DNA of 39,028 nt from Octopus bimaculoides (lineage: Eukaryota), in contig NC_068982.1 of assembly GCF_001194135.2 (NCBI RefSeq), positions 185,703,954 to 185,742,981 on the forward strand, written 5' to 3'. Positions 23,111 to 35,495 of the stretch are shown one piece after another; position 1 is the stretch's first letter; every line of letters starts with the position of its first letter. The notes beneath the pieces are model-generated. The model saw only the letters and a list, made by a program, of their open reading frames with translations, was not told where the DNA came from and did not search any database. Position numbers and translations under genes: made by a program.

Positions 23111-23396
23111 CTATGGCCCTTTCTGTCTAGGGCATTTTATATAAGGAAAATGGAGAGTTTGAATACAGAAAAAAAATCTATTTATATTACAGTCAATTTC
23201 ATATCGCTTACAGTATATATATATTCTATGATGATGTTGTGTATGTATATGTATTATGATGATGATGATGTGTATGTGTGTGTGTATATNNNNNNNNNNN
23301 NNNNNNNNNNNNNNNNNNNNNNNNNNNNNNNNNNNNNNNNNNNNNNNNNNNNNNNNNNNNNNNNNNNNNNNNNNNNNNNNNNNNNNNNNNNNNNNN

Positions 23397-23698
23397 CGAG
23401 CGAGATCGTTGCCAGTACCCCTGGACTGGCTCCTGTGCAGGTGGCATGTATAATACACCATTTCGAGCGTGGTCATTGCCAGTACCGTCTGACTGACCTT
23501 CGTGCCGGTGGCACGTAAAAGCACCCACTACACTCTCGGAGTGGTTGGCGTTAGGAAGGGCATCCAGCTGTAGAAACTCTGCCAAATCAGATTGGAGCCT
23601 GGTGTAGCCACCTGGTTTCACCAGTCCTCAGTCAAATCGTCCAACCCATGCTAGCATGGAAAGCGGACGTTAAACGATGATGATGATGATGATGACGA
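23397..23698 (+). mobile_element. Young RTE 3' UTR/tail copy
   Basis: Retains CpGs; ends gttaaacgatgatgatgatgatgatgacgat. Confidence 0.92.
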
Positions 23699-24599
23699 TA
23701 TGTATATATATCATGTATAAAATGTGTGTATATATTTTTATGTATGTATAAAACTACTCTTTCCCTTCCTTCTCCTTTCTCCTGTCCATTCCATATACCC
23801 CATCTCCACAGTGTTTGCTCTCCTCTCTACTTTCCCTTTACAACAATAAACCTCTTCTTCTCATAATGCTTCACCCTCTCTCTCATGTTCTTCTTTAGGT
23901 TGTTGTGGTCTTTTAGTCTTGCCAACTGTAATGTAGCCTCAGTAGCAGTGGTCTCACAAAAATAACACCCAGTACACTCTGTAAAGTTGAGATGGGCATC
24001 CAGCCATAGAAACCATGTCAAAACTGAGACATTGGAACACAGCATAGTTCTCTGACTTGTCAGATCCTGTCAAATCATCTAACTCATATAAAATCATGAT
24101 CACACACACACACACACACACACACACGCATGCACGCACGCACGCGCGCGCGCAAGCATGCATGCACATATATCTATATTATCTATATGTTTGTATGTGT
24201 GTATCTGTACACATGTGAATAATTGGTTTCCTCATTCAAGATAATGCAGTTATTTATTCAGAAAGTATAATCCTCTAATATATACAGTTAATCATGACAA
24301 GCTTGCTGGTCATATTTAATGTATGAGGAAGTACTGATTATCTTCCTGAAGCGCAAGGTCATTGTGTGAAACAAACTGAAACCTCAGTACAAGTGAGCCT
24401 CTACACGGTCGCTTGAATTACTAGAAATAGCTGCCAAATTTTCTTTAAATCACTCCCTGTTGTCTTATTGAAGGATACTTTGAACAGCGTATCCCTGCAT
24501 ATACAAAAAGAGCAGATAGTTACAACTGCAACACCTTTGATCATTGAACTGACCTGGGGCTGAACAATAACAACTACAGGAATTAAGTGTGGTGCATGT

Positions 24600-25000
24600 A
24601 ACAAAACTAGTTATTGCTATGTAAATTGGTACCTGAGAATTGTGGTCATTGACAGTACCATGTAAATGGTACTTGTGAATTGTAGTTGTTGCAGGTGCCA
24701 TGCAAATAGCACCCATGAATTGTAGTCGTGGTCACTGCTGATGCCATGTAAATGGCACCTGTGCATCGTAGTTGTGGTTGTTGCTGATGCCATGTAAATG
24801 GCACCTGTGCTGGTGACATATAAAAGCACCCATTACACTCCTGGAGTGGTTGGTATTAGGAAGGGCATCCAGCTGTAGAAACCATGTCAAATCAGACTGG
24901 AACCAGGTGCTGCTCTCTAGCTCATTGCTCCAGTCAAACTGTCTAACCCATGCCAGCATGGAGAGCAGACATTAAATGATGATGATGAGGATGACAATGA
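24600..25000 (+). mobile_element. RTE 3' UTR copy with internal 40-50 bp tandem repeats
   Basis: Repeated gccatgtaaatggcacctgtg...gtagttgt units, then the family tail. Confidence 0.8.
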
Positions 25001-26340
25001 TTTTAGAAGTATTTCACATTCATATATACTTTCCAATCAAAGCAATATTGATCCGTTTACATTTGTTGCTTTAAGAGGGGATGTTTTATTTAAATTTTGT
25101 TTTTATTCTGACTTAATCACAAGCGGAACANNNNNNNNNNNNNNNNNNNNNNNNNNNNNNNNNNNNNNNNNNNNNNNNNNNNNNNNNNNNNNNNNNNNNN
25201 NNNNNNNNNATGAGGATGACAATGATTTTAGAAGTATTTCACATTCATATATACTTTCCAATCAAAGCAATATTGATCCGTTTACATTTGTTGCTTTAAG
25301 AGGGGATGTTTTATTTAAATTTTGTTTTTATTCTGACTTAATCACAAGTGGAACATAATACCCATAACTTTCTCTCAGTCTCCCAAACTGTTGGGAGGAA
25401 CGGCTAAAGCCATCTTTAAACTGGTTGCGTGGTCTAATTGATTGCAGCAAAACAGATTCTGTTTAAAGGCATCCAAGTGGTAGAAAACAAAATGACGTTA
25501 AATCTGCCACTTAAAAATAGGAATGGTTTTTCTGTAGGCTTTTACAGTTTCCATTATCAAATGTTTGAGAAAGAGTACAGGGACCAAAAAGGTTAGTGAA
25601 GCAGTGATTCTCATAGGGGTGGGCTTTGAGGCTCAAAAAGAAAGCGTAGAAATTGCCATGTTTAACAGAATGAAGAGTTAAAAAATGTTTGAATTTGTCC
25701 AACACTGTGCAAATATGGATGTAAAATCTTTTGGGAAAGTTAAGCAATTTCACAAATATATTTGTTTTGATGGGGGTACATAGGGTTTGTCAGTTTAAGA
25801 AAGATGGTATTAAAGGATTAGCATGACACATATGTTAATCCTTGCTAATCAATGACACATGTATTGGTTTAATGTCTGTGACATGATTTAGTTTCAAGTG
25901 ATTGAGGCATTGAACTTGTAACTGATTATAGTATATAGCCCTAAATGTTTGCAACTCCTCAAACCTGTGACTAATAATACATCCTTAATATTGTCAACAC
26001 ATCTTAACTATGGCTGCATGGAGTAACAGCCCTAAATATCATCAGCATGTCACCAAAACTATTGTTACATGCTTTTTCAGCCTTACACATGATCAATGGC
26101 AAGTCTTAACATGATTTAAATGTAAGCAATACATTTTAAGGTGATCAACCCCAATACTTGATTGTTAATTACTTTGTCAACCCTGTTAAACTAGAGGGAT
26201 TTGAACTTAGTATGTAAAAGGATTTAACTGAATACCATGTATCATTTTGTCCTCTGTTGCTTTATTGATTCTGTCAATCCATTATTCTAAATATGACGAG
26301 GATGACAATGACTGAATTTGAATGATGTTATTGGTGATTC

Positions 26341-26506
26341 TCATCATCATCATCAACATCATTTAGTGTCCATTTTCCATGCTGGCATGGGTTAGATGGT
26401 TTGACAGGAACTGGTAAGCTGGAGAGCGTACCAGACTCCAGTCTAATTTTGGCATGGTTTCTATAGCTGGATGCCCTTCCTAACACCAATCACTCCAAGA
26501 GTGTAG
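26341..26506 (-). mobile_element. RTE 3' tail copy
   Basis: tcatcatcatc...ttttccatgctggcatgggtt...gctggatgcccttcctaac. Confidence 0.85.
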
Positions 26507-26878
26507 TTCTAAGAATACAAAGTAGATTTAGAGTGATATGTTAACTGAATTTCAAAGGTGTACTTGTCATGCAAGTGATTTGATCTGAGATCATGTGTTG
26601 AAACTAAAATGATTGCAGCATGGAGGATACATATTAGCCATTCAAAATCACAATGAAGATTGTCAACTTCACTTAAACATTTATTATTTGCTGTCAAAAT
26701 TTTTGTCACATGAACTAGGACCTGGTCACTAACGTGTGTTTTGAATGGCTGAAGTTTGCATAAATTGTGATCAATAAATCTCATTTCTATTCTCTTATCT
26801 CCGATTTACTTTAATGTCTTCATTCACTTTCAATTTTCAATAAATCACTTGACTGTTTTATTTCTGTTTTACTTCTAG

Positions 26879-27024
26879 GATAAAGTTAATGAATTTTTCC
26901 AAAGTGGACACACAAATAACTGGGCAGTGCTTGTGGATACATCCCGGTTTTGGTTCAATTATCGTCATGTGGCCAATGTATTATCTATTTATCGAAGTGT
27001 AAAGCGATTAGGAATACCAGATAG
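26879..27024 (+). CDS. PIGK: PIGK exon 2: [48 protein letters not shown](S)
   Basis: Hallmark peptidase C13/GPI8 motifs HTNNWAVL and SRFWFNYRH; canonical AG/GT boundaries. Confidence 0.98.
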
Positions 27025-27049
27025 GTAAATGATTTGATCATGCATTTAA

Positions 27050-27269
27050 CCCTCAAGCATTCAGATTACTCTGTGAAATGTAATGCTTATTTATTCATGT
27101 TGTTTTGAATTAATTATGTATTATCTCATAGCTGTGAGGTTTTGATGATGTGATTGTTCATTTTTAAAATGATGTTATAGAATAGGTGTGAGTGACCAGA
27201 ACTGGCTAGCTTAAACATGAAACAGGTAGAATGTTTGGGTTGGATATGGCCAGTTTAAATGCTGAAGAG
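27050..27269. mobile_element. TTAA-flanked MITE (piggyBac-like non-autonomous element)
   Basis: TTAA at 27046-49 and 27270-73; imperfect TIRs CCCTCAAGCATT and AATGCTGAAGAG; 220 bp; no ORF. Confidence 0.7.
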
Positions 27270-28725
27270 TTAAAGAGTTAGTGAAGCAGTGATTCTCATA
27301 GGGGTGGGCTTTGAGGCTCAAAAAGAAAGCGTAGAAATTGCCATGTTTAACAGAATGAAGAGTTTAAAAATGTTTGAATTTGTCCAACACTGTGCAAATA
27401 TGGATGTAAAANNNNNNNNNNCAATTTCACAAATATATTTGTTTTGATGGGGGTACATAGGGTTTGTCAGTTTAAGAAAGATGGTATTAAAGGATTAGCA
27501 TGAACTGAGAAGTGATACTTTTATTTTAAATTTGCCTAATAGGTGAATGATCTTCACTACTTTTTAAAATTATTCTAGCAAATTATTTATTTTTCATTTT
27601 GTTTTATAGGTCAAATAAGATGCTATTCTGCAGACAACCCAAATCTTATTAAAATTATTTTATTAAATTCAAAATAGAGTTGTTTATTTATGACTAAATT
27701 CTGTTGCAGTAGCCTCACTAGAAATATGACATCAATAATTCAGTGTCCTGATGTACAAATAGCTGTTTGTCTACTCTACTGTAGTCTTTACTATGACTGT
27801 TGATCAATTTCTTTTCATGGAAACCTTTTTAAGTGTAATGTGCTAAAAAGAATTTTCACTCAAATCATATTAAATTTAATCTGGAATGAAAAGAAAAGCT
27901 GTTCTTTACAATATTTACAAGGAAGGCTTAGGAAAGGTTGCTAAAATTAAAACTGATTAAAAATTAAATTGAAATATGCAGTATAGAGTGAGTTAGTTCA
28001 TTGGTTAATTATGATGACAGCCCTGAACACATTTCAGTCTTATTAGACTTCCTCAGAGAAGTATAATCTAACACTTACTACATCATAGAACTGAGAAGTG
28101 ATACTTTTATTTTAAATTTGCCTAATAGGTGAATGATCTTCAATGATTATATATCTTTGTTCAGTTGTCCTGTGATCTTGTATGTGTTAGAGGAGGTCTA
28201 TTAGGCTGAAATATATTCAGAATTATCACTGTATTCAGACCCACTCTCCATTGCATGCATACCTTTATGTTTTAATCAGTTTAACTTTTGGAGTTCTTTC
28301 CTTACCTTCTTTGGAAAAATTGTCTTTTCATTACAAGTTTAATTTTGGTTAAATAAATATTCTTTTTGGCTCATTGCATGAGTTTGTTAGACTGAACTTT
28401 ATCATATCCTGTCAATATTGGCATTGAAATGTTTTGCTCTGTGTGGAGTGGAACTCAAAATGGTGACATTGTGTGCTATAGGCATCAAACAGGAATGTGT
28501 GATTAAGTTGGAGTGTAATACTTATTAAAACAAATATTGTTTTATCAGAAATAATTGAGCACCATTCATAACTCTTTTATGGTGTCTGAGACTTTTATGG
28601 AGGAAATTATTCTCAGGTCACAGATCTGGCTTGAATATTTGCTAGAGTGAGGTGATGATGTGAAATCAGGTAACAGATCAAGTCTATAATCCAACAATAG
28701 GAACAGTCCCACAACAGGATCTACA

Positions 28726-28836
28726 CAGTTTCTGTTTACCAAATATCAGTCATTAGGTTTTGTCAAATTGAGGCTAGGATAAAAGACACTTATTGAACCT
28801 GAAACTACAAGTTGCAAAGTGAACTTCTTAACCACA
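28726..28836 (-). mobile_element. Decayed tRNA-SINE fragment
   Basis: cagtttctgtttaccaaat...aagacact...cttaaccaca is similar to the reverse complement of 10600-10740. Confidence 0.55.
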
Positions 28837-28939
28837 TAAAATCAATGGATTAACAAAATAGTAAAGCAATTAGAATGGTGTTTGTGTGGAGTGGTATTGT
28901 TTTCTTTGGAATAATACAGTATATTAATTTATTTTACAG

Positions 28940-28998
28940 TCACATTATATTGATGGTTGCTGATGATATGGCCTGTAATGCTAGGAACCCTCATCCTG
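28940..28998 (+). CDS. PIGK: PIGK exon 3: HIILMVADDMACNARNPHP(G)
   Basis: DDMACN contains the Cys equivalent to human C92 (disulfide to PIGT). Phase 2-1. Confidence 0.97.
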
Positions 28999-29042
28999 GT
29001 GAGTAGTTTAGTAACATTTACTAAATATGTGTAGGTATATAC

Positions 29043-29690
29043 ATCATCATCATCATCATCGTTTAACATCTGTCTTCCATGCTGGCATGGGTTAGATGGT
29101 TTGATTGGGGACTGGCAAGCCAGGAGGCTGCACCAGGCTCCAATCTGATCTGGCAGTGTTTCAACAACTGGATGCCCTTCCTAACGCCAACCACTCTGAG
29201 AGTGTAGTGGGTGCTTTTTACATGCCACCGGCATGGGAGCCAGTCAGGTGGCACAGGCATCGAACACATTTGGATGGTGCTCTTTACATGCCACTGGCAC
29301 AAGAGCCAGTCAGGGTGGGGTACTGGCATCGATCACATTCGGATGGTGCTTTTTACATGCCACCAGCACAGTGAGACGGACAGGCGGTACTGGCAAGACC
29401 CACGCATGAATGGTGCTTATTGTGTGCCACCAGCATGGAAGCCAGTCAGGCGGCACTGGCATCGGCCACAACTAGAATTTCTATTTGATTGTGATTTGAT
29501 TTGATTTTGATTTTGATTTACTTGACTCAATAGGTCTCCTCAAACATGGCATGTTGTCCGACGATCCAAAGGTACTTTTTAAGTGGGCTGGTTTTGCGAC
29601 TCTGGTGTAGGCTACGGCTGTGATCTCACTTTACTTGCTGGGTCGTGTGTAGGTGCTTGTGCCTCTCCAAGAGAGGGATACAATGTATAT
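29043..29690 (-). mobile_element. RTE 3' end with four degenerate internal repeat modules
   Basis: Tail plus repeated tgcca(c)cggca...agccagtcagg.gg.actggca units at 29220-29460. Confidence 0.85.
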
Positions 29691-29706
29691 GTCTAATATA
29701 TATGTA

Positions 29707-30968
29707 TGAGGGGTGTTCATTAAAGATTTCCCCTGACCCACTGGGATCAGCGAAACTTGACATAATTATTAGTCCTTCTCTACATAGCCACCACCAGTGG
29801 TGAGACACTTCTCTCATCGCTTTATGTAGCTTTGAAGATGTCATCTATAGAAGTCCGTAGGTTGCGTCTGGAGTTCAAGACTTTCCTCAGAAATATATTC
29901 ATCATCATCCGAAACGTGCTTCCCCTTCAAAAAAGACTTAAGGGTTGGAAAGAGGTTAGGTTTGGAGAGTAAGGTGGATGAGGAACGATTTCATGACTGC
30001 AGGAGTTTGCTTTCATCTGGGCAATATGTGCATTGTGAACTGGGGTGTTGTGTTGGAGGAGGTGGACTCCTTTGGTCAGCATGCCACACCTCTCTGCTTT
30101 GATGGTGTCCTGCAATTTCTGCAGCAGAGAATCATATGTCCCATTAATTATGCCTTTTGGCAGAAAATCCATCATCACTACTCTGTGCTGGTCCCAAATG
30201 TCTGTGGGCATCACCTTGCCTGCTGAGGGTTGGATATGAACCTTCTTTGGAGGTGGTGAGTTATCATGCCGCTGTTGCTTTGACTGGACTTTAGTCTCAG
30301 GATCATAGTGATGGACCCATGTTTCATCCTGTGTGATAAGTCTTCCTGCAAAGTTCTTGTTTTCTTGGCACATTGCCAAAAGAACCCGGGTGCAATTGAC
30401 TTGTTCCTGCTTCTGAAAAGGTGTGAGCATCCTGGGAATCCATTGTGCAGACAACTTCCGTATGTGAAAATGGTCGTGAATGATTTTAACACAGACCCTA
30501 TACTTACCTTCACTTCTTGGGCTAGTTGCCAAATAGCTATGCAGCAATCCTCCTAAATGGTGGCTTCTACTTTATGGATGGTGTCATCATCAATGGTGGA
30601 ATGTGGTCATCAAGGAATAGGAGCAGAGCAGTTTCCACCAACGTCCGACTTCATTTAAACTGGTGATGCCAGTGCTTGACTACATTGTATGATGGTGCAT
30701 TGTCACTATAAACTTCTTTCATTTCATCGAAAGTTTCTTTTGGTGTACAGCCTTTCAAGTATATGAACCTGATCGCTGATCTGCATTCAGCTTCCTCCAT
30801 TATAACACCTTAGTCCACTTCAGTGGCCGTAATAGACAAGTAAATGCTAGTGGAAAGCTGCAATTTACAATGTGACATGTAGAGACATGTATGATTATAC
30901 CTGTAAAAGTTCCGTTTCCTGTAATAACTGGAAGTTGGTCAGGGGAAATCTTTAATGAACACTCCTCA
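29707..30968 (-). mobile_element. Full-length decayed mariner (DD34D-type), 1262 bp, in PIGK intron 3
   Basis: 32-bp TIRs (29707-29738 and 30937-30968, 1 mismatch) and TA TSDs. Transposase starts MEEAECRSAIRFIYLKG at 30800 and contains ITQDETWVHHYDPETK, LLQHNTPVH and HPPYSPNL. Confidence 0.95.
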
Positions 30969-31223
30969 TATGTACACTCCTCATATGTACATGCTTTATA
31001 TATGTATGTATGTATGTGAAATTATGATAACACAAGATGCAGTGTATATCATTTGTTCCCTACATATGTTTCACCATTGTGGTTATTTGAAACTTCTGCA
31101 TTGGACCCAAGTGCATTTGGATGCAGAACCACAACACCAGGGAACACTATATTGACAAAATAGGGAGGCACAAATATTCACTCACTGACTCACACATGCA
31201 CACACACACACACACACACACAC

Positions 31224-31356
31224 AAAGAGCTTCCTTCAGTTTCTGCCTACCAAATCCAGTCACAAACCTTTTCTCGAGGTCATAAAGATGTTACACAGTA
31301 AGACTGAACATGAATCTATGTGGTTGGAAAGCAAGCATTTTAACCACTTAGCCACT
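31224..31356 (-). mobile_element. tRNA-SINE head fragment
   Basis: ccttcagtttctgcctaccaaatcc...tggttggaaagcaagc...aaccacttagccac. Confidence 0.65.
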
Positions 31357-31587
31357 CGTCCCCCGCCCCCCTCTCTCTCTCTATATATATATATCTATAT
31401 ATATATATATATNNNNNNNNNNNNNNNNNNNNNNNNNNNNNNNNNNNNNNNNNNNNNNNNNNNNNNNNNNNNNNNNNNNNNNNNNNNNNNNNNNNNNNNN
31501 NNNNNNNNNNNNNNNNNNNNNNNNNNNNNNNNNNNNNNNNNNNNNNNNNNNNNNNNNNNNNNNNNNNNNNNNNNNNNNNNNNNNNNN

Positions 31588-31852
31588 CTACAGCTGGATG
31601 CCCTTCCTAACGCCAACCACTCAGAGAGTGTAGTGGGTGCTTTTACGTGTCACCCGCACGAAAACGGCCACGCTCGAAATGGTGTCTTTTATGTGCCACC
31701 CGCACAAGCCAGTCCAGGGGCACTGGCAACGATCTCGCTCGAAAATCCTACAGGAGCCAGTCAGGCGGTACTGGCAACGGCCACGCTCAAAATGGTGCAT
31801 CTCATGTGCCACCCGCACAAGAACCAGTCCAGGGGCACTGGCAACGATCTTA
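31588..31852 (-). mobile_element. Young RTE 3' UTR copy with tandem modules, truncated by a gap
   Basis: ctacagctggatgcccttcctaacgccaaccac and repeated gtgccacccgcacaag..ccagtccaggggcactggcaacgatct. Confidence 0.88.
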
Positions 31853-32548
31853 CTTGTATATATATATATATATATATGTGTATATATATATATATGTGTA
31901 TGTATGTATATATATATATATATAATGAGGAAATGCTTGCGTGCATGCACACACACATGCGTATTTGTATAGCATTAGGTTTAATCTATGAAGATGTATG
32001 TTACAAGACTGTGTTTGAAGCTATCCACCTGATACAAATCATTAAGTGAGAAAAGTATTTCAACACTTATTTGATAAAGCTAAATCAAAAAGCAATATTC
32101 ATAAATCATAGTTTGTCATACCTATATATTATTTTGTGACTAGATGTGTGTGTGTGTAATGGATTAAACTATGTATATTCTTTTAACTAATTATACATCT
32201 GTGTGACAGAATCACAAGAAAATAGCTTAATGTAAAGAGAAAGATTTGAGGGAACGTGATATAAGAAAGAGACTGTCTTTAGAGCATACTGAAAAGCAAA
32301 GCCTCTGCTAATGTTAAGGCACCTCTGTTGAAAAAGCAAAGTGTATCGTTTTATAGTGAGTTTCTACAAAGTTCTCATCTTTTCCTTCATATTTTGGTAC
32401 AAAGGCTACTCAAACAGATATAAAGTTTAAGCCGACATACTGTAAAATCGAATCCAGGGAGTGATCTGCTACACGAGTTTACAGTTTTAAATATTTCAGT
32501 TTAAAAGTAAATGCACAAGAGAAAATATTGCTACTTTTGTTTTTTCAG

Positions 32549-32625
32549 GTACTGTATTTAATAATGCTAACCAGCACATAAATGTTTATGGTGATGATGT
32601 TGAAGTGGATTACCGTGGATATGAG
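32549..32625 (+). CDS. PIGK: PIGK exon 4: TVFNNANQHINVYGDDVEVDYRGYE
   Basis: Conserved NVYGDDVEVDYRGYE; phase 1-0. Confidence 0.98.
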
Positions 32626-33117
32626 GTATGGATCAGCCAAACACATTTTAGTAAAACTTTGACTAATATTTTGTTGTGTCTGGGGAGCAATTTTACATTA
32701 AAGTGAGGGAAACCCATGCTAAAATAGGAAAAGCAGATGTTAAAATGATAAAGATGTGGCATGCTTCTTGCCGATATCCTCTCATTTGCAAAACACAAGA
32801 GGAATCTAGTAATTAGTTTGTTTCTCTTGCTCAGAAACTCAGTCATCTACACTCTCACTTAGACTCATTTATTATTATATTTTGACTCATCCTTTTATGT
32901 ATATAAGTAGACAGCCTTACAGTACACTCACACACTTTCACAAATAAACCCTTTTTCTCACTCTTACAGACTTTCTCCCTTCTTACTCATTTCTCTGCCA
33001 CCTCTAACTTGTCATGATACTCACCTTGCAGTCATTTATGTACTCACTACATTCTTACAAGCTTCCAAACTAAGCCACTTACGCACACTCTTGTTAATTC
33101 TCTATTTCCCTTTCCAG

Positions 33118-33229
33118 GTAACTGTGGAGAACTTTGTACGTGTCTTGACTGGCCGTCTTCCTCCCAGTACTCCACGATCCAAAAGACTGTTGTCTGATGA
33201 GAGAAGCAATATATTAGTCTATATGACTG
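33118..33229 (+). CDS. PIGK: PIGK exon 5: VTVENFVRVLTGRLPPSTPRSKRLLSDERSNILVYMT(G)
   Basis: Near-identical to human PIGK; phase 0-1. Confidence 0.98.
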
Positions 33230-33280
33230 GTAAGTTTCTTTAGTATTACTTCAGTGTTGTTAAAAACAAAGTACAAAGTA

Positions 33281-33340
33281 AGTGTGGTTGTGTGGTAAGA
33301 AGTTTGCATACCAATCATATGATTCAAGGTTCAGTCCCAC
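33281..33340 (+). mobile_element. Truncated tRNA-SINE head
   Basis: gtgtggttgtgtggtaagaagtttgc...ggttcagtcccac. Confidence 0.7.
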
Positions 33341-33989
33341 TTCCGCCCGAAACGTCATACTCTCTCTCCTTCCTTTCCCGAGCGTCCAATAACACTATCC
33401 GTATCACGTCCTCACTTTGTTGTTTTTTTGTGTTTTTTTGAAACTATATATATATATAGACATGCATATACATACTTATAATCTTTTTCTATAGCAGAAG
33501 AGGAGAATTCTAAGTCTGTGCTTGAAAGTTTATTCACTTTCAAATTTGAAACCATAGTGTGATAAAATCTTGATAAAATAATTTAATCCTCAAGACTAAA
33601 ATAGTAATTTAATATAAGTTTCATACCTATGAGTTTGTGAAATGAAAAGTTCATGATAGTTTGGTACAACATATTCACCTTCACAGGTGTTTATGCACTT
33701 GTAATTTGCCTTTTGTTCTAAAAAGATTCCTCCACCTGCTCTACAAAAATCAACTCCAGTCTTTGGAATCATGCTACTGCATATCCCTTTTCCAAGAATG
33801 TCAACTTCTCTGATGCTATCAACTATTGAATTAACATTTCAAAGATGGTTGAAATAGCTGTACTGCATTTTTCATAACTTTCAGTTCTTGTATTTCCTCA
33901 ATGACCACAGGTATGATTTGTGTTGAACCATAGCTATATACATATATGTATGGCTTTAAAATAGCATGCTGCAGTGCACTGGTGTACTG

Positions 33990-34268
33990 CAGGGGATATC
34001 TACAACCATTACCCTTAGGTCCTCTCCCTCTCTCAGCTGAGAGGTATCTGTTTTGCAGGCTACTTGGCCATCCACTGGTGCTGATGCCACGCAAAAAGCA
34101 CTCAGTATACTCTGTAAAGTGGTTAGCATTAGGAAGGGCATCCAGCTGTAAAAGCCATGCCAAAGCAGACCATTGGAACTTGCTGCAGTTATCCAGCTTG
34201 CTAGTTAATGTTAAACCGTCCAGCCCATACCAGCATGGAAGACAGACGTTAAATGATGGTGATGATGA
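33990..34268 (+). mobile_element. RTE tail / SINE copy
   Basis: ggttagcattaggaagggcatccagctgta...agcatggaagacagacgttaaatgatggtgatgatg. Confidence 0.8.
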
Positions 34269-35495
34269 CTGTGAATTTTAAAACTATTGTTCAAGTCTTG
34301 AGAGAATCCATACTAAATCTTTGAAAATGTGATATTCATAATTTTGTTGTACACAAGTATGATTAATAGACATATTTTTTTTCCTAATTTTTAAATTTAA
34401 AACTTAGTTATATTTAACTTCCCTTACAAAGTGTGCCAGTAATTGTTTCATTTAATCAAATCACCAGTATATAAGATATATTCCATCTATATCCCTTTAA
34501 CAATGAGTTCTAACAGAGACACAAAGTCTCAAAAGCATAAGAGTGATACAAGAAGGATGAATGGCAACATTAACATAATAATTTATCAGAATGGAGTGAA
34601 ATTCAGCGTGTTAAGGTTAATGAAAGGTTTTTAAACAATTTACTGTTCCACTTCACCGAACAGTACCTATTGATGTAGGGACCTGAGTTTAATGTGTGAC
34701 AGCTTTAAGAAACAAATGATTGGTATTGGAAATTTAGGATAAATTTTTTTGCCTTTAATCAACATTTGTTTGAATCCTTGAGTTGAATTGTAGGTGTAAC
34801 TATGATGGTCCTGTGATCTGATGAGTTAGCGTTCTTTATTTGCATTAATTTATGACTGTACAATTGTATAATGCTGATGCAAATACATACATATAATTTT
34901 AGCATGCTGAAATTTATACTGTATGAAGGTTATGAAATGGTTGCAATTGTATGAAAGTCAGATGGAAAAATGTCTTCCCCTCTCACCCCTTCTTGCTTTA
35001 TAATATGTAGGGGAGGTAATTTATGTGTGTATGCACTGCGTAGCAACTTACAAGGGAAATAACCCTGTTGAGACTTGAACAAAAAGTGTTTTATGTTGGA
35101 TGATTGGTACCATGTGTGTAAGGGGAGGGCTAGAAACTGAAGAAGATTTAGGTTCAAGTAAGAATATTTGGGCTCAGCTGATAAACTGATGTACACTATC
35201 ATTGCTATTGTTTTCATCGTCTTCCATATTGAAAGGGGTTCAGACATGTCTTCAATATTGTGTTCCTCTGGTTATCTTAATTTTGTGAGTTCCAAATTCG
35301 AACAATATATCACACCAGCTTGGGACATTGGATGCTAGAACGATGATGAAAATATCAATTTTCTCTACTTTAAACATTTCTACCCTTTTTTTTTTAAGAT
35401 GTCAAGGTTTGATTTAAGGGAGGTTTATTTGCTATTTTTAGTTAGTCAAATGAATACGAAGCAGATCACTCACTGTATTGATATTTTTTGTACAG

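Noticed and set aside
24101-24168. Alternating purine-pyrimidine tract (CA)n-(CG)n with Z-DNA potential
   Set aside because: Common microsatellite degeneration in this genome, with no evidence of function.
24985-25355. A 146-bp direct repeat on both sides of the N gap at 25131-25209, with one SNP
   Set aside because: Typical unmerged contig overlap between haplotypes, so an assembly artifact rather than a real duplication.
26933-26941. Asp instead of human Cys in V(D/C)TSRFW of PIGK
   Set aside because: This position varies among GPI8 orthologs and is neither catalytic nor the PIGT-linked Cys.
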